IMG/VR virus record: IMGVR_UViG_3300027793_000052
Span: 186,001-250,000 of that record
Length of the DNA stretch: 64,000 nucleotides
Reading direction: 5' to 3' (one strand)
Shown: positions 21,220-31,780 of the stretch, piece after piece
How the letters are laid out: every line of letters starts with the position of its first letter
Numbering within the stretch: position 1 is the first letter of the stretch
Notes under the pieces: model-generated
Database searches by the model: none
The model's input: only the letters and a program-made list of their open reading frames with translations
Told to the model about the DNA's origin: nothing
Translations under genes and position numbers: made by a program

Positions 21220-24200
21220 ATGACAGGAACTACAAGACAATCAACATTTAAACTTAAGCGATCAAATGTTTCAGGTAAGATACCGACAACATCACAATTA
21301 TTAGTCGGTGAAATGGCCGTTAATACACAAGACGGTTTTTTATACACATCAATAGCCAACACAGGTGGTACTGATACGATTGAAGTTAGACAAATTGGTT
21401 GGGATAGATTGTCCGTACTTTCAGGTGGTACCGTCAATGGGAATGTAAGTATTAGTGGTAATTTATCAACAACTTCAATATCTCCAGTTAATTATATTGA
21501 TTTTAATACAGGTACTACAGTAACCAACAAATCAGGTAGATTATTTTATGATAACACCTCCGAATCCTTAGCCTATAACTCAAGTATAAACCCAAATATA
21601 ATAATTAAGGTTGGTCAACAACTATACACTAGAGTTATAAACAATACAGGTTCTTTAATCCCTAAAGGTAGTGCTGTCACAATACAAAGTGCGTCAAATT
21701 CAATTCCAGAAATTTCATTAGCTATTGCAAATGCACCCGGTAATAATAACCAAGTTGCTGGTTTAACTTCTGAAGACATTCCAAACGGAAGTAGGGGTTT
21801 AATTTTAAATCAAGGGTTATTAAGTGGTGTTACAGTATCATATCCAATTGGTTCTATTCTTTATTTATCAGACACAACACCGGGTGGTTTAATTGCCTCA
21901 ACTAATTCTTTAGAATATAATTCAAGAACCAATCAAATTGGTTATACCGTTGAGACTGGCACAACAACTGGTATTATTTATGTTAGTATAAATAATGAAG
22001 ATGTTAATTTATCTTTAACCGATATTCAAAGAAATATTTTAGAAGGTAATGTTATTTCAACAGGGGCTTTTAATTATACGGGACTAACAAAAACTTCAAA
22101 CACACAATTTTCTGTTTCTCCTCTTCAAGGTTGGGTCGTATATAACACTTATGAGTATTCAACAAACCCTAGTGTTATATTTGTAGACTATTCAGGTGTT
22201 ACAAGTGCAACAACACCTTATTTAACAACTGATGACCAAACATATGTTTTGGTTACTTCAGCATCAACATTAACACTACAATCAACATTTCCAACACCAC
22301 AACAAAGAAGAGAAAACATATTTTTAGGTAAAATATTACACCCAACAAGAAATGAAATACAAAATGTTAGTAATACGGTTGATTATGACGTGTCACCAAT
22401 GTCTGCATTACGTGATTTATGGGTGCCATTAAAATTAATTAATCAAGGTGTTATTATTTCTGCCAATGGTGCAAATTTAAGTATTAATTCTTCTGCGGGT
22501 GCATTATGGGGTAACGGTATTGGTTGGGTGACAAATCAACTTGATCCCAATCAAGTGGTAATTGCCGGTCAAAGTCCTGTTACTTTTCAATATAGAACAC
22601 GTTTAGGTGTTATTACAGGTGGAACCGCACCTTATACAGGAAATACAACATTTATAGATCCAAACAATTATGATTTAAATGGTGTTGTAACAGCAATTGG
22701 TGGTGGATTCAATTCATCGACAAATCAAAGGGTTTATTTATTCCCAACGGGGTTGATAAGAATTCAATATGGGCAACAAGTATACCCAAGTTTGGCTGCA
22801 GCGGTAGCGGGTTCACAAACTGAACAATTTGTTGAATATCCTTCTAATAGAGATACTGGCATTCTTATAGGTATAATATCGGTTCAAAAAAGTGTTACAA
22901 CTTTAAATAATTCTGCTAATGCGGTTTTTAATTTTGTTTCTAAATTTGGTGAGGTGTTGGGTGGTACTGGCGGTTTATCAACAACAACTTTACAACAAGC
23001 TTATGACAACTCAAGTAACCCAGAAATTATAACAAACGCTACACAAGACGGAGTTCAATTTAGGGGTGGTACTGGTAATGATAATGACAAAAATATTATA
23101 ATTGAAAATAATGCTGGAGTACAAACAGCATGGATTACTGGTGCTGGTGCTGGTGTTTTTAATTCTTTATCAGCAACAACTATCTCAGGAAATACATTTT
23201 TTATAACAAATACACCAACACTTAATAACTCAAACACACAGATATTAAGTAGAAATTCTTCCACTGGTGAGGTACAATATTCCGTTTTAACAGCAATCAC
23301 TGTTTCAACGTTAAGTGCGACAACTATTAACACAACAGCACTTAATGTAGATTATATTGATTTTAATACTACCGCAACTACCACAACACAATTTGGAAGA
23401 ATTAACTGGGATTCTGGAACTGGAACTTTAAATATTGGTATTGGTGATAGTACTACAGGGTTAGTAGACTTTCAAGTTGGTCAAGAAGAAGTTGTTAGAG
23501 TTTATAATAGTGAAGGTACAACACTACAAAAAGGTGAAATTGTATACGTTTCAGGATCACAAGGAAACAGACCTTCAGTAAAAAGAGCTTCAGCAGTTTC
23601 TGATGGTTATTCAGTTACAACTCTTGGTATGATCGATGTTTCAATACCATCAGGGTCAGAAGGTTATGTTACGACTTTTGGTATTATAAGTAATTTAAAT
23701 ACTTTAGGTTTAACAGGTGGAACACCAATATGGTTATCTCCAACAACACCAGGTGGTTATACATCAACTAAACCTCAAGCACCACAACATACAGTACTTA
23801 TTGGTTATGTTGTTAGGGTTTCAGCAACCGTCGGTTCAATATTTGTTAATATTTCAAATGGTTGGGAACTTGATGAAATTCATGATGTTAGAATTAGTGG
23901 CGCAACCGAAGGTGATTTATTAGTAAGAGGTTCTTATAATGGAACACCCCTTTGGGTAAATTCAAAAACACTTAAAGGTGATTATACAATTTCTGGAAAT
24001 ACATCACATATTGGTAATTTTAGTATTACTGGTAAAGTAACCACCGATAGTGTACAATTAAATACATTACGTACAGGTTCAACAAGTGTTGGGGAACTTA
24101 CCTGGAATTTAAATGAGGGGACGTTAAACATCGGTATGGCAGGTGGTGCTGTAACTCAACAAGTAGGTTTAGAAAACTATATACCCGCTTTAAATACAAC

Positions 24201-27200
24201 AACACCTTTAGGTTTAACCAATGGTAGTGTTATTAGATCCGCTGGTGTCGATCCAACAACGGGTAAGATTGTTGGAGCATATATGATTGCCGATGGTACA
24301 TATCCTTATTATACAACTTTAGGTGTCGCCACAGAAGATATATTAAGTGGTAATACTGGTTATGTTAATAATTTTGGTATTGTTAGGGATATTGATACAA
24401 CGGGAGCACCTTATGGTGAAACTTGGTTACAAGGTGACATATTATATGTCTCACCAACAATATTGGGTGGTTTAACAAACGTTGAACCCGAAGCACCAAA
24501 TTTAAAAATTCAAGTCGCAATTGTTCAAAAACTTGGTGTTTCTGATGGATCATTATTTGTTAGACCTTCTTTAGGTTACACATTAGGTAATTTACACAAT
24601 GTAAAAAATACTGGTTCGGAAAGTGATGGTGATTTATTATTTTATAGTGGATCATCCACTTGGGTTTATGGTAAAAAACTAAATGGTAATTATACAGTTA
24701 ATGGTAATTTAACAATATCTACTGGTATTTTATCAGCAACAACTATTAATACCTCTAATTTTACCACATCAGGTATACAATACACAAATGGACCATCAAG
24801 TGGTTATGTTTTAACATCTGATGCATCAGGTAATGGTTTTTGGAATTCTATACAACCAGATCAAACTTTTGTTTACATTAGTACTACAGGTAATGATACA
24901 AACGGAACTGGTCTTAGTAATAAACCATATCAAACCCTATCAAAGGCAATATCAGTATTTTCTGGAAATACAAATGTTGTATATTTTTTATACCCAGGAA
25001 TTTATACAGAAACAACAGTAAATATACCTGATAATATTACAATTGTAGGTGGTAGTATTTCCGCCCAATTCTTAAACGGGTTTAACCACACATCAACATC
25101 GGGTGTAAGTAATGTTAATATATTTATAGAAAATGTTAATATCGGTAATTTTGATATAGATTGTTCCTTAACTTCGAACAGTATTATTTCATTTAAAAAT
25201 TGTTATACAGGTATTAATAGAAAAGATTCCACACCTACTGTTTTAGTAACCTCTAGTGAATGTAGTATTTTAAATTCAACATTTATTGGTGGTACCAATA
25301 GTATAAATGAAAGTTTAATTATTGGTACTATTACTGCCAGTACTGGTTCTACAATTGTGTTTGAAAATTCAAAATTTGTATTCCCTGTAGAGGCTGAGGG
25401 TAGTTCAGTTGTAAGAATGCTGGATTGTAGTCTTTTTGGAGCACCAGTTTATATAAACGGAACAGTTGTAAATGGTAATACCCCAACATGGGAGGTGGAT
25501 GCATCGACAAATTATTTGGGTGGTTTTGCAGGTAGTATTAATAAAGTACAACTTTTTAATGATGATTACTATGTGACAGGTGCTACCTACTCAAACGGTA
25601 CTTTAATTCTTAATAGACAAAATGGGTCAGTAACAGTGACTGGTTTAACCAATGATGATATATACGTTACAGGATTTACATATAATAACTCAAATACTTT
25701 AACAATATCTAGAAATCAGGGTAAAGATGATTTAAATGTTACAATCGATACAATGTCTGGGTTAACGGTTAATGGCACCCTATCTGCAACAACAATTAAT
25801 TCAACAAATGTTATAAGTGATGGTTTTAAAATTACAAATCAAACGCAAAATAATACACTTGATGATTTCTTAGTTGTTGATGGGAATGGTGATTTTTATA
25901 CAAGAAATTATAACAGTATCAATTACATCCCAAATTTTATTAACGTATCACTTACTGGTGGTAGTTCTAATTATAGTTCAGTTAAAGCAGCTGTTGATAG
26001 TATTACGGGAGCTTCATCAACAAATCCTTGGGTTGTTAAAGTAAGACCTGGGGTTTATTATGAAGATCCTTTTCATATGAAGTCCTATGTTAGTGTAGTT
26101 GGTGATAATTCAACGACTACAATAATCGAAGCAAAAGACCCTAACCAAACTTTAATCTATGGTGCTGACCAATCTATGATACAAGATTGTCAAATTCAAG
26201 GTTGTACAGGAACAGGTGTGTCAGCAATTGTTTACTCTTCATCAACAACACCACAATTAAACGCTATATTTTATGTTGAAAATGTTAGATTTGGTTCTAA
26301 CTATACACACGTTAAAAATATAGGTACAGGTGGTGGTAATAGTATAATTCAATGTTCTAATGTTAAATATGGTGGTTTTCCTTTTACAATAGGTTTTTAC
26401 TGTACAAATGATGGTTCTGGTATTGGTAGAATGCAGTTAAGGAATGTAACATCCACTAATGGTGGTGTTGTAACTTCTTCAGGCTTAACTTTTGCCAAAG
26501 CCGATAAATCTGGTTGTGGTTTTATAGTTAACGGGGCATTACTGACAAAAGCTGTTGGTGATGCCGCTGGTACTGGTTTTTATGTTGAAAATGGTGCTTT
26601 TTTAAGGTTAACAGGGGTTAACTTTCAAAGATGGAATATTGGTATTGAAGCCCCACAAGTAGGTTCTGCACCAAGTATTGACGCAATTGCATTAAATTTT
26701 GAAAACTGTAATACCGATGTTAATATTTCACACTCAGGTGCTACAGGAAAAATACAAGGAACAGACAATTTCTTAAAAACAAAAATTAATTTTAATGCAC
26801 CACTTTATGAGGTTAATCAAGACCCAAGACAAATTACAGTTGCCAAAAAAGGTGGTGATTTTTCTTCTATTAAATCGGCTGTAGATTATTTAATCACATC
26901 AGGTAACACGTCAATATCGAATAGATATATTATATCAGTCGGTCCAGGTGAATTCACTGAAGGTGAAATTGATTTAACAAGTATACCTTATGTAAGTATT
27001 GTTGGTAGTAATATTCAAACTACATTAATTAAACCACTTACAAATACACAACATATTATTAAAATTGGTGTTAATAATGAAATATCATTCTTGTCCTTAT
27101 CGGGTGCACCATCAGGATATGCTGGTATATATGTATACGATATCGGTGATTTTGGTCAATCACACAAAGTATCATTCTATGATTGTGACACCAATGTATG

Positions 27201-29283
27201 GGTTGAATCTAACACACAAGATACAAAATTTTATGGTGAGTATTTAGATTTTAACGGTAATTTTACCTACGGTACTAGGGTTATAGGTAACAATGGTTAT
27301 TTAGCTTTAGCTAATATGGAAAATTATTATAATTTCCCTACTGGTAATAATATTGTTTATTGTAATTACGCAACAGGTAGTGGGGCAACATTAAGTGTTT
27401 TTGTTGGTGATAATGTTAGTAATGGTATTTCAGGCAGTACAGGGTTTTTTATTCAAGATGGGGCGGAATTAAACGCATCAACAGTTACACTTGATGGATT
27501 TACTTACGGTATTAGAAACCCAAATGTGGGAAATCCTATTAGATTTGACGTTGACAACGCTAGTATCGTAAACGGTGAATGGGATTTATACGTTGAACGA
27601 AATGGTACTTTTGGTACTTTTGGCGGTAGTTCGAGTCACGAAAAAATATTTACAGTCAGTCCAGATGTTTATTGGTCATTTTTAGATATTGATGATGGTG
27701 AGTTAGACATTACAAGAAAAGCTTCTGTTACATTTGCCGATGGTACACACACTGATTTTACAACTTTAGTATTTGAAGGTGCTACAATGGGTTTAATTGA
27801 GGGTGGTCACATTACAGATGTTGGTGGACTTACAATTAATGTTGCTGAAGGTTTTGGTTATTTACATAAGACGGCTACCCCAGAAGTACACGTAAGACTT
27901 GATTGGCTTTCTGCAAACACTGTTTTAACATCAGGAAGTTCTTTATATGTATTTTACAATGAAAACGGTATTTTATCAACATCAGGTTCAAAACCTGATG
28001 TCACAACTAATATTATTTTAGGTAGAGTTGTAACAAATAATTCATCAATAAGGTTTATTGATTCCAGTCCAATTAATGCTGAACATACTTCAAATAGATT
28101 TGATAATTTATTCTCTGATGCGATGGGACCAATTTACGCAACAGGTTCGATTGTAACTCAAGGAACAACACCATTTAGTTTAAACGTGTCACAGGGTGAT
28201 TATCATTACTCATCAAACGAATACTTACCTACTGGTGGTTCGGGTATTACATTTACTCAATATTACAGAGATGGTTTTAGTGATTGGGTCACAACCGCAA
28301 CCACAATTGTAACTAATACATTTTATGATGGTAATGGTGTTTTATCCGCACTTACAACAAATTATTATACAAAACATACTCTTTATCTCGTTGGTGATGG
28401 TACTAATGAACAATATATGTTGGTTTTGGGTCAAAATGAATATTCAACATTAGTTGAGACTGAAAACGCTCTACTACCAACTCCACCTTCTTTTTTTAGT
28501 GATTCCGTTGTACAAATAGCCAATATCTATGTTCAACAAGGTACAACAGGTATAACTCAAGTTGAGGATATTAGACCCACAATCGCTTTTAGAGCTGGTG
28601 GTGTAAACGCTTCTTCAGTACACGGTAACTTATTAGGTTTATCAGCAGATGACCACACACAATATCTTTTAGTTGATGGGGGTAGGTCAATGTCAGGAGA
28701 CCTTAATATGGGTGGTAATGCAATTACTAACGTTGGTAATGTTGACGGTGTAGATGTAGCTAGTCACGCAACTAGACACCAATTTGGTGGTGCTGATACT
28801 ATAGGTTCAACAACACCATCACCTAACGCAATACCTTACGCTGATGTAAGTGGTACTTTGGATAGTTGGATTTCCACGGCGACTACAACAACTTTTGGTA
28901 GGGTTAGATTGAGTGATACAAACCCAATTGTTGTTAGTGTGGCAAATTTAGGTTATAGAAAAGCCATTACAGGTTTTACTTATGGTTCAAATGTTTTAAC
29001 AGGTTCTTCTGTTGATGGAACATTAACTACTACAACTATTGGTTTAAGTACAAAAGCCGGTAGTGTGGCTGGTGCAAGTTTTGCTGGTAACCCTAAAAAG
29101 GCTACCATTACTTTTACTACCGCTTACCCAAACACAAATTACTCAATATCCATAACAGGTGCTGTTGCTAGAACATTTACATATGAAAGTAAAACAACAA
29201 CTGGTTTTGTAATAAACACTAACGCAAATGCAGCATTTACAGAAAATGTTGATTGGTCGACTATCGCACACGGAGAATCTTAA
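21220..29283 (+). CDS. Giant multidomain tail fibre/tailspike (2687 aa)
   Basis: N-terminal KLKRS..SGKIP....L.VGEMAVNT.DG attachment motif; three internal ~120-aa repeats; three beta-helix entry motifs; DDHTQYL and HATRH.FGG.D fibre motifs; C-terminal ITF..AYPNTNY domain. Confidence 0.85.
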   Translation: MTGTTRQSTFKLKRSNVSGKIPTTSQLLVGEMAVNTQDGFLYTSIANTGGTDTIEVRQIGWDRLSVLSGGTVNGNVSISGNLSTTSISPVNYIDFNTGTTVTNKSGRLFYDNTSESLAYNSSINPNIIIKVGQQLYTRVINNTGSLIPKGSAVTIQSASNSIPEISLAIANAPGNNNQVAGLTSEDIPNGSRGLILNQGLLSGVTVSYPIGSILYLSDTTPGGLIASTNSLEYNSRTNQIGYTVETGTTTGIIYVSINNEDVNLSLTDIQRNILEGNVISTGAFNYTGLTKTSNTQFSVSPLQGWVVYNTYEYSTNPSVIFVDYSGVTSATTPYLTTDDQTYVLVTSASTLTLQSTFPTPQQRRENIFLGKILHPTRNEIQNVSNTVDYDVSPMSALRDLWVPLKLINQGVIISANGANLSINSSAGALWGNGIGWVTNQLDPNQVVIAGQSPVTFQYRTRLGVITGGTAPYTGNTTFIDPNNYDLNGVVTAIGGGFNSSTNQRVYLFPTGLIRIQYGQQVYPSLAAAVAGSQTEQFVEYPSNRDTGILIGIISVQKSVTTLNNSANAVFNFVSKFGEVLGGTGGLSTTTLQQAYDNSSNPEIITNATQDGVQFRGGTGNDNDKNIIIENNAGVQTAWITGAGAGVFNSLSATTISGNTFFITNTPTLNNSNTQILSRNSSTGEVQYSVLTAITVSTLSATTINTTALNVDYIDFNTTATTTTQFGRINWDSGTGTLNIGIGDSTTGLVDFQVGQEEVVRVYNSEGTTLQKGEIVYVSGSQGNRPSVKRASAVSDGYSVTTLGMIDVSIPSGSEGYVTTFGIISNLNTLGLTGGTPIWLSPTTPGGYTSTKPQAPQHTVLIGYVVRVSATVGSIFVNISNGWELDEIHDVRISGATEGDLLVRGSYNGTPLWVNSKTLKGDYTISGNTSHIGNFSITGKVTTDSVQLNTLRTGSTSVGELTWNLNEGTLNIGMAGGAVTQQVGLENYIPALNTTTPLGLTNGSVIRSAGVDPTTGKIVGAYMIADGTYPYYTTLGVATEDILSGNTGYVNNFGIVRDIDTTGAPYGETWLQGDILYVSPTILGGLTNVEPEAPNLKIQVAIVQKLGVSDGSLFVRPSLGYTLGNLHNVKNTGSESDGDLLFYSGSSTWVYGKKLNGNYTVNGNLTISTGILSATTINTSNFTTSGIQYTNGPSSGYVLTSDASGNGFWNSIQPDQTFVYISTTGNDTNGTGLSNKPYQTLSKAISVFSGNTNVVYFLYPGIYTETTVNIPDNITIVGGSISAQFLNGFNHTSTSGVSNVNIFIENVNIGNFDIDCSLTSNSIISFKNCYTGINRKDSTPTVLVTSSECSILNSTFIGGTNSINESLIIGTITASTGSTIVFENSKFVFPVEAEGSSVVRMLDCSLFGAPVYINGTVVNGNTPTWEVDASTNYLGGFAGSINKVQLFNDDYYVTGATYSNGTLILNRQNGSVTVTGLTNDDIYVTGFTYNNSNTLTISRNQGKDDLNVTIDTMSGLTVNGTLSATTINSTNVISDGFKITNQTQNNTLDDFLVVDGNGDFYTRNYNSINYIPNFINVSLTGGSSNYSSVKAAVDSITGASSTNPWVVKVRPGVYYEDPFHMKSYVSVVGDNSTTTIIEAKDPNQTLIYGADQSMIQDCQIQGCTGTGVSAIVYSSSTTPQLNAIFYVENVRFGSNYTHVKNIGTGGGNSIIQCSNVKYGGFPFTIGFYCTNDGSGIGRMQLRNVTSTNGGVVTSSGLTFAKADKSGCGFIVNGALLTKAVGDAAGTGFYVENGAFLRLTGVNFQRWNIGIEAPQVGSAPSIDAIALNFENCNTDVNISHSGATGKIQGTDNFLKTKINFNAPLYEVNQDPRQITVAKKGGDFSSIKSAVDYLITSGNTSISNRYIISVGPGEFTEGEIDLTSIPYVSIVGSNIQTTLIKPLTNTQHIIKIGVNNEISFLSLSGAPSGYAGIYVYDIGDFGQSHKVSFYDCDTNVWVESNTQDTKFYGEYLDFNGNFTYGTRVIGNNGYLALANMENYYNFPTGNNIVYCNYATGSGATLSVFVGDNVSNGISGSTGFFIQDGAELNASTVTLDGFTYGIRNPNVGNPIRFDVDNASIVNGEWDLYVERNGTFGTFGGSSSHEKIFTVSPDVYWSFLDIDDGELDITRKASVTFADGTHTDFTTLVFEGATMGLIEGGHITDVGGLTINVAEGFGYLHKTATPEVHVRLDWLSANTVLTSGSSLYVFYNENGILSTSGSKPDVTTNIILGRVVTNNSSIRFIDSSPINAEHTSNRFDNLFSDAMGPIYATGSIVTQGTTPFSLNVSQGDYHYSSNEYLPTGGSGITFTQYYRDGFSDWVTTATTIVTNTFYDGNGVLSALTTNYYTKHTLYLVGDGTNEQYMLVLGQNEYSTLVETENALLPTPPSFFSDSVVQIANIYVQQGTTGITQVEDIRPTIAFRAGGVNASSVHGNLLGLSADDHTQYLLVDGGRSMSGDLNMGGNAITNVGNVDGVDVASHATRHQFGGADTIGSTTPSPNAIPYADVSGTLDSWISTATTTTFGRVRLSDTNPIVVSVANLGYRKAITGFTYGSNVLTGSSVDGTLTTTTIGLSTKAGSVAGASFAGNPKKATITFTTAYPNTNYSISITGAVARTFTYESKTTTGFVINTNANAAFTENVDWSTIAHGES

Positions 29284-29295
29284 TATTTATAGAAT

Positions 29296-30393
29296 ATGGC
29301 TTTAATAATTGATAACATATTATCTGAAGGTATACTAAGTGGTAGTACACTTTATATTGATAACGCTAACATAACAAATTTAATTGTAACAAATGTTACA
29401 GGTACCTCTACAACTGATACTTATGTTACGGGTTTTACTTTTGATACATCAACAAGAATTTTAAGTTTATCACAAAATGAAGGACAATCGGGTTTTACTG
29501 TAACAATACCAGATACTTTTGTTACTGGTTTAACTGTAAATAACACTACAGGTGTTTTAAATATTTCAAGAAATCAAGGTTTGTCTGATTTAACAACAAC
29601 TTTAGGTTTTATAACTGGAGGTTCTTTTACCCAATCAAACGGTACTTTAACATTAACTAAAATAACTGGTTCTAGTGTTAATATTACAGGTTTACCATTT
29701 GCTAACGGTAATAGAGGTGATGTACAATTTAGAGCAGCCACCGCAGGTGTTTTTACAGCTAATACTAGAGGTTATTTTGTATGGAATGATAATTACACAG
29801 CTGGTACCACAACAAATGTTATTGGTTCATTAACCATTGGCCCTGCTGGTACACCATTGATAAATAACCCATTATCTGTTAATATAGATTTAAATGATTA
29901 CTTTCAGGTTAATATACAAAATATTAATGCTGGTAATTTCGCTTCATCAGATTTAGTTGTAACCGCGAATAACGGTGATGATAATAATTTTTTCGGTGAC
30001 TTTGGTATAAATTCTTCCACCTTTAACGACCCAGCATACAGTGTGTTAGGGCCCAATGATGTTTATTTATACTCTAACGGTAGTAATTTAACTTTAGGTA
30101 CAGATACTGCGAACAAAAACGTAATTATTTTCGCTGGTGGTACTTTATCTGGTAACTTAGTTTCTGTTTTTAGAAGTGACGGTACTCTTGTACACCCATT
30201 AACTATCAGTGCTGGTACCACATCAACATCTAATTTAGTGGTAAGAAATTTACCAACACTTAATAACGCAAATTCAGATTTTTTAACAAGAAACACATCA
30301 ACAGGAGATATAGAATATTCAACACCTGGTAGTAATGTTTTTTACGCCTACGGAGTTGGTTTTGCTCAATCAATCGGAAATTACTTAACATAA
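29296..30393 (+). CDS. Fibre-associated protein (FVTG/NQG module)
   Basis: Shares DTYVTGF...SQNEG/SRNQG repeats with 8595, 18563 and 21220. Confidence 0.7.
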   Translation: MALIIDNILSEGILSGSTLYIDNANITNLIVTNVTGTSTTDTYVTGFTFDTSTRILSLSQNEGQSGFTVTIPDTFVTGLTVNNTTGVLNISRNQGLSDLTTTLGFITGGSFTQSNGTLTLTKITGSSVNITGLPFANGNRGDVQFRAATAGVFTANTRGYFVWNDNYTAGTTTNVIGSLTIGPAGTPLINNPLSVNIDLNDYFQVNIQNINAGNFASSDLVVTANNGDDNNFFGDFGINSSTFNDPAYSVLGPNDVYLYSNGSNLTLGTDTANKNVIIFAGGTLSGNLVSVFRSDGTLVHPLTISAGTTSTSNLVVRNLPTLNNANSDFLTRNTSTGDIEYSTPGSNVFYAYGVGFAQSIGNYLT

Positions 30394-30411
30394 AATAAAA
30401 AATATAAAAAT

Positions 30412-30840
30412 ATGGCAGCAAATACACTTCCAATTTATACAAGAAGAGGAGACGTTCAATGGACATCAAACATGACCGCTCAAAATACCACAACTGATTT
30501 AACTGCAGGTACAATTTATTTGGCCTTTTCTGCGGACACCGTAGAAGGTGGTTATGTACAAAGAATTAGGTTTAAACCTAATAACGCAGCAGGTGTTAAT
30601 AACGCAGCCACCGTAGCCAGAGTTTGGTTAAATAACGGTAGTGCAACGACAACCGCGGCTAACAATACTTTTGTTGATGAGATTTCACTTCCGGCAACAA
30701 CAGGTTCAGCCACAGCGGCATTACCAGTTTATGAATTACCTTTAAACTTCGCGATGCCACCAAGTTACGCAATTTATGTTACATTAGGTACCGCAGTTGT
30801 CGGTGGATATCGAGCCTCAGTTATAGGTGGAAAATACTAA
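30412..30840 (+). CDS. Small virion adaptor-like protein, paralogue of 8145..8582
   Basis: MAANTLPIY...EISLPATT...GGKY. Confidence 0.65.
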   Translation: MAANTLPIYTRRGDVQWTSNMTAQNTTTDLTAGTIYLAFSADTVEGGYVQRIRFKPNNAAGVNNAATVARVWLNNGSATTTAANNTFVDEISLPATTGSATAALPVYELPLNFAMPPSYAIYVTLGTAVVGGYRASVIGGKY

Positions 30841-30846
30841 TTATAA

Positions 30847-31773
30847 ATGATAGATGTTATAAATGTTCCAAGACCCGAAACTAATAATTGGGTATTTTTT
30901 CAAACCACAGCCTCTGCCTCATCAATAGATGAATGGCAAACATGGAGAAAACCAAGAAACGTTAAATTTGTTTCTTTTTTTGTAATAGGTGGTGGAGCTG
31001 GTGGCGGTGGTGGACAACAAACCGCTGGTACCGCTCGTACAGGTGGCGGTGGTGGTGGTTCTTCTGCTTATTCTAAAGGAATCTTCCAATCTAATTTAAT
31101 ACCAGATATTCTTTATCTTAGGGTGGGTACTGGTGGTCTTGGAGGTGCCACCAATACAAACGGAAATCCTGGTTCTCTTTCTTATGTTTCCGTTGAACCA
31201 ACAATTAATACAACAGATGTTATTTTAGCTAGTGGAGCTGCCGCTCCTACCGCTGGTACAGCCGCAGGTGGTGCGGGTGTTGCAGGAACAGTCTTTGTTC
31301 AAACCGCTGGATTTTATAGTTATTGGGGAATAGTTAATCTTACTGCGGGACAAGCAGGTGCTGCTGGTGGTGCAAACACAGGTGCTGCTGGCGGTTCAAT
31401 CACAATAACAAACACCATAACAACAGGTGGTGCTGGTGGTGGTGGTTCTTCCACTGCTGCAGTCAATGGAGCTGGTGGATCCATTAACGCTAGTACCGTC
31501 ACACAAGTAATATCGGGTGGTGCTGCTGGGGGTACTAATCCGGGAACAACAGGAATATACACAATGTTACCATCCCTTAATTCATCGGTTATCACACTCC
31601 CTATGTTATTTACAGGTGGTGCGGGTGGTGGTGCCAATGGGGCGGCAGGACAAACAGGTGGTGCGGGTGGTTTTGGTTCTTACGGTTCAGGTGGCGGTGG
31701 CGGTGGTGCTGGAGCCACAGGTGGACGCGGAGGAGATGGTGGTAATGGGATTATAATAATTAATTGTTGGTAA
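30847..31773 (+). CDS. Glycine-rich adhesin-like protein, copy 1
   Basis: WQTWRKP...IGGGAGGGGG; repeated TGGAGGGG; ends GG.GG.G.III.CW. Confidence 0.8.
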   Translation: MIDVINVPRPETNNWVFFQTTASASSIDEWQTWRKPRNVKFVSFFVIGGGAGGGGGQQTAGTARTGGGGGGSSAYSKGIFQSNLIPDILYLRVGTGGLGGATNTNGNPGSLSYVSVEPTINTTDVILASGAAAPTAGTAAGGAGVAGTVFVQTAGFYSYWGIVNLTAGQAGAAGGANTGAAGGSITITNTITTGGAGGGGSSTAAVNGAGGSINASTVTQVISGGAAGGTNPGTTGIYTMLPSLNSSVITLPMLFTGGAGGGANGAAGQTGGAGGFGSYGSGGGGGGAGATGGRGGDGGNGIIIINCW

Positions 31774-31780
31774 ACATAAT

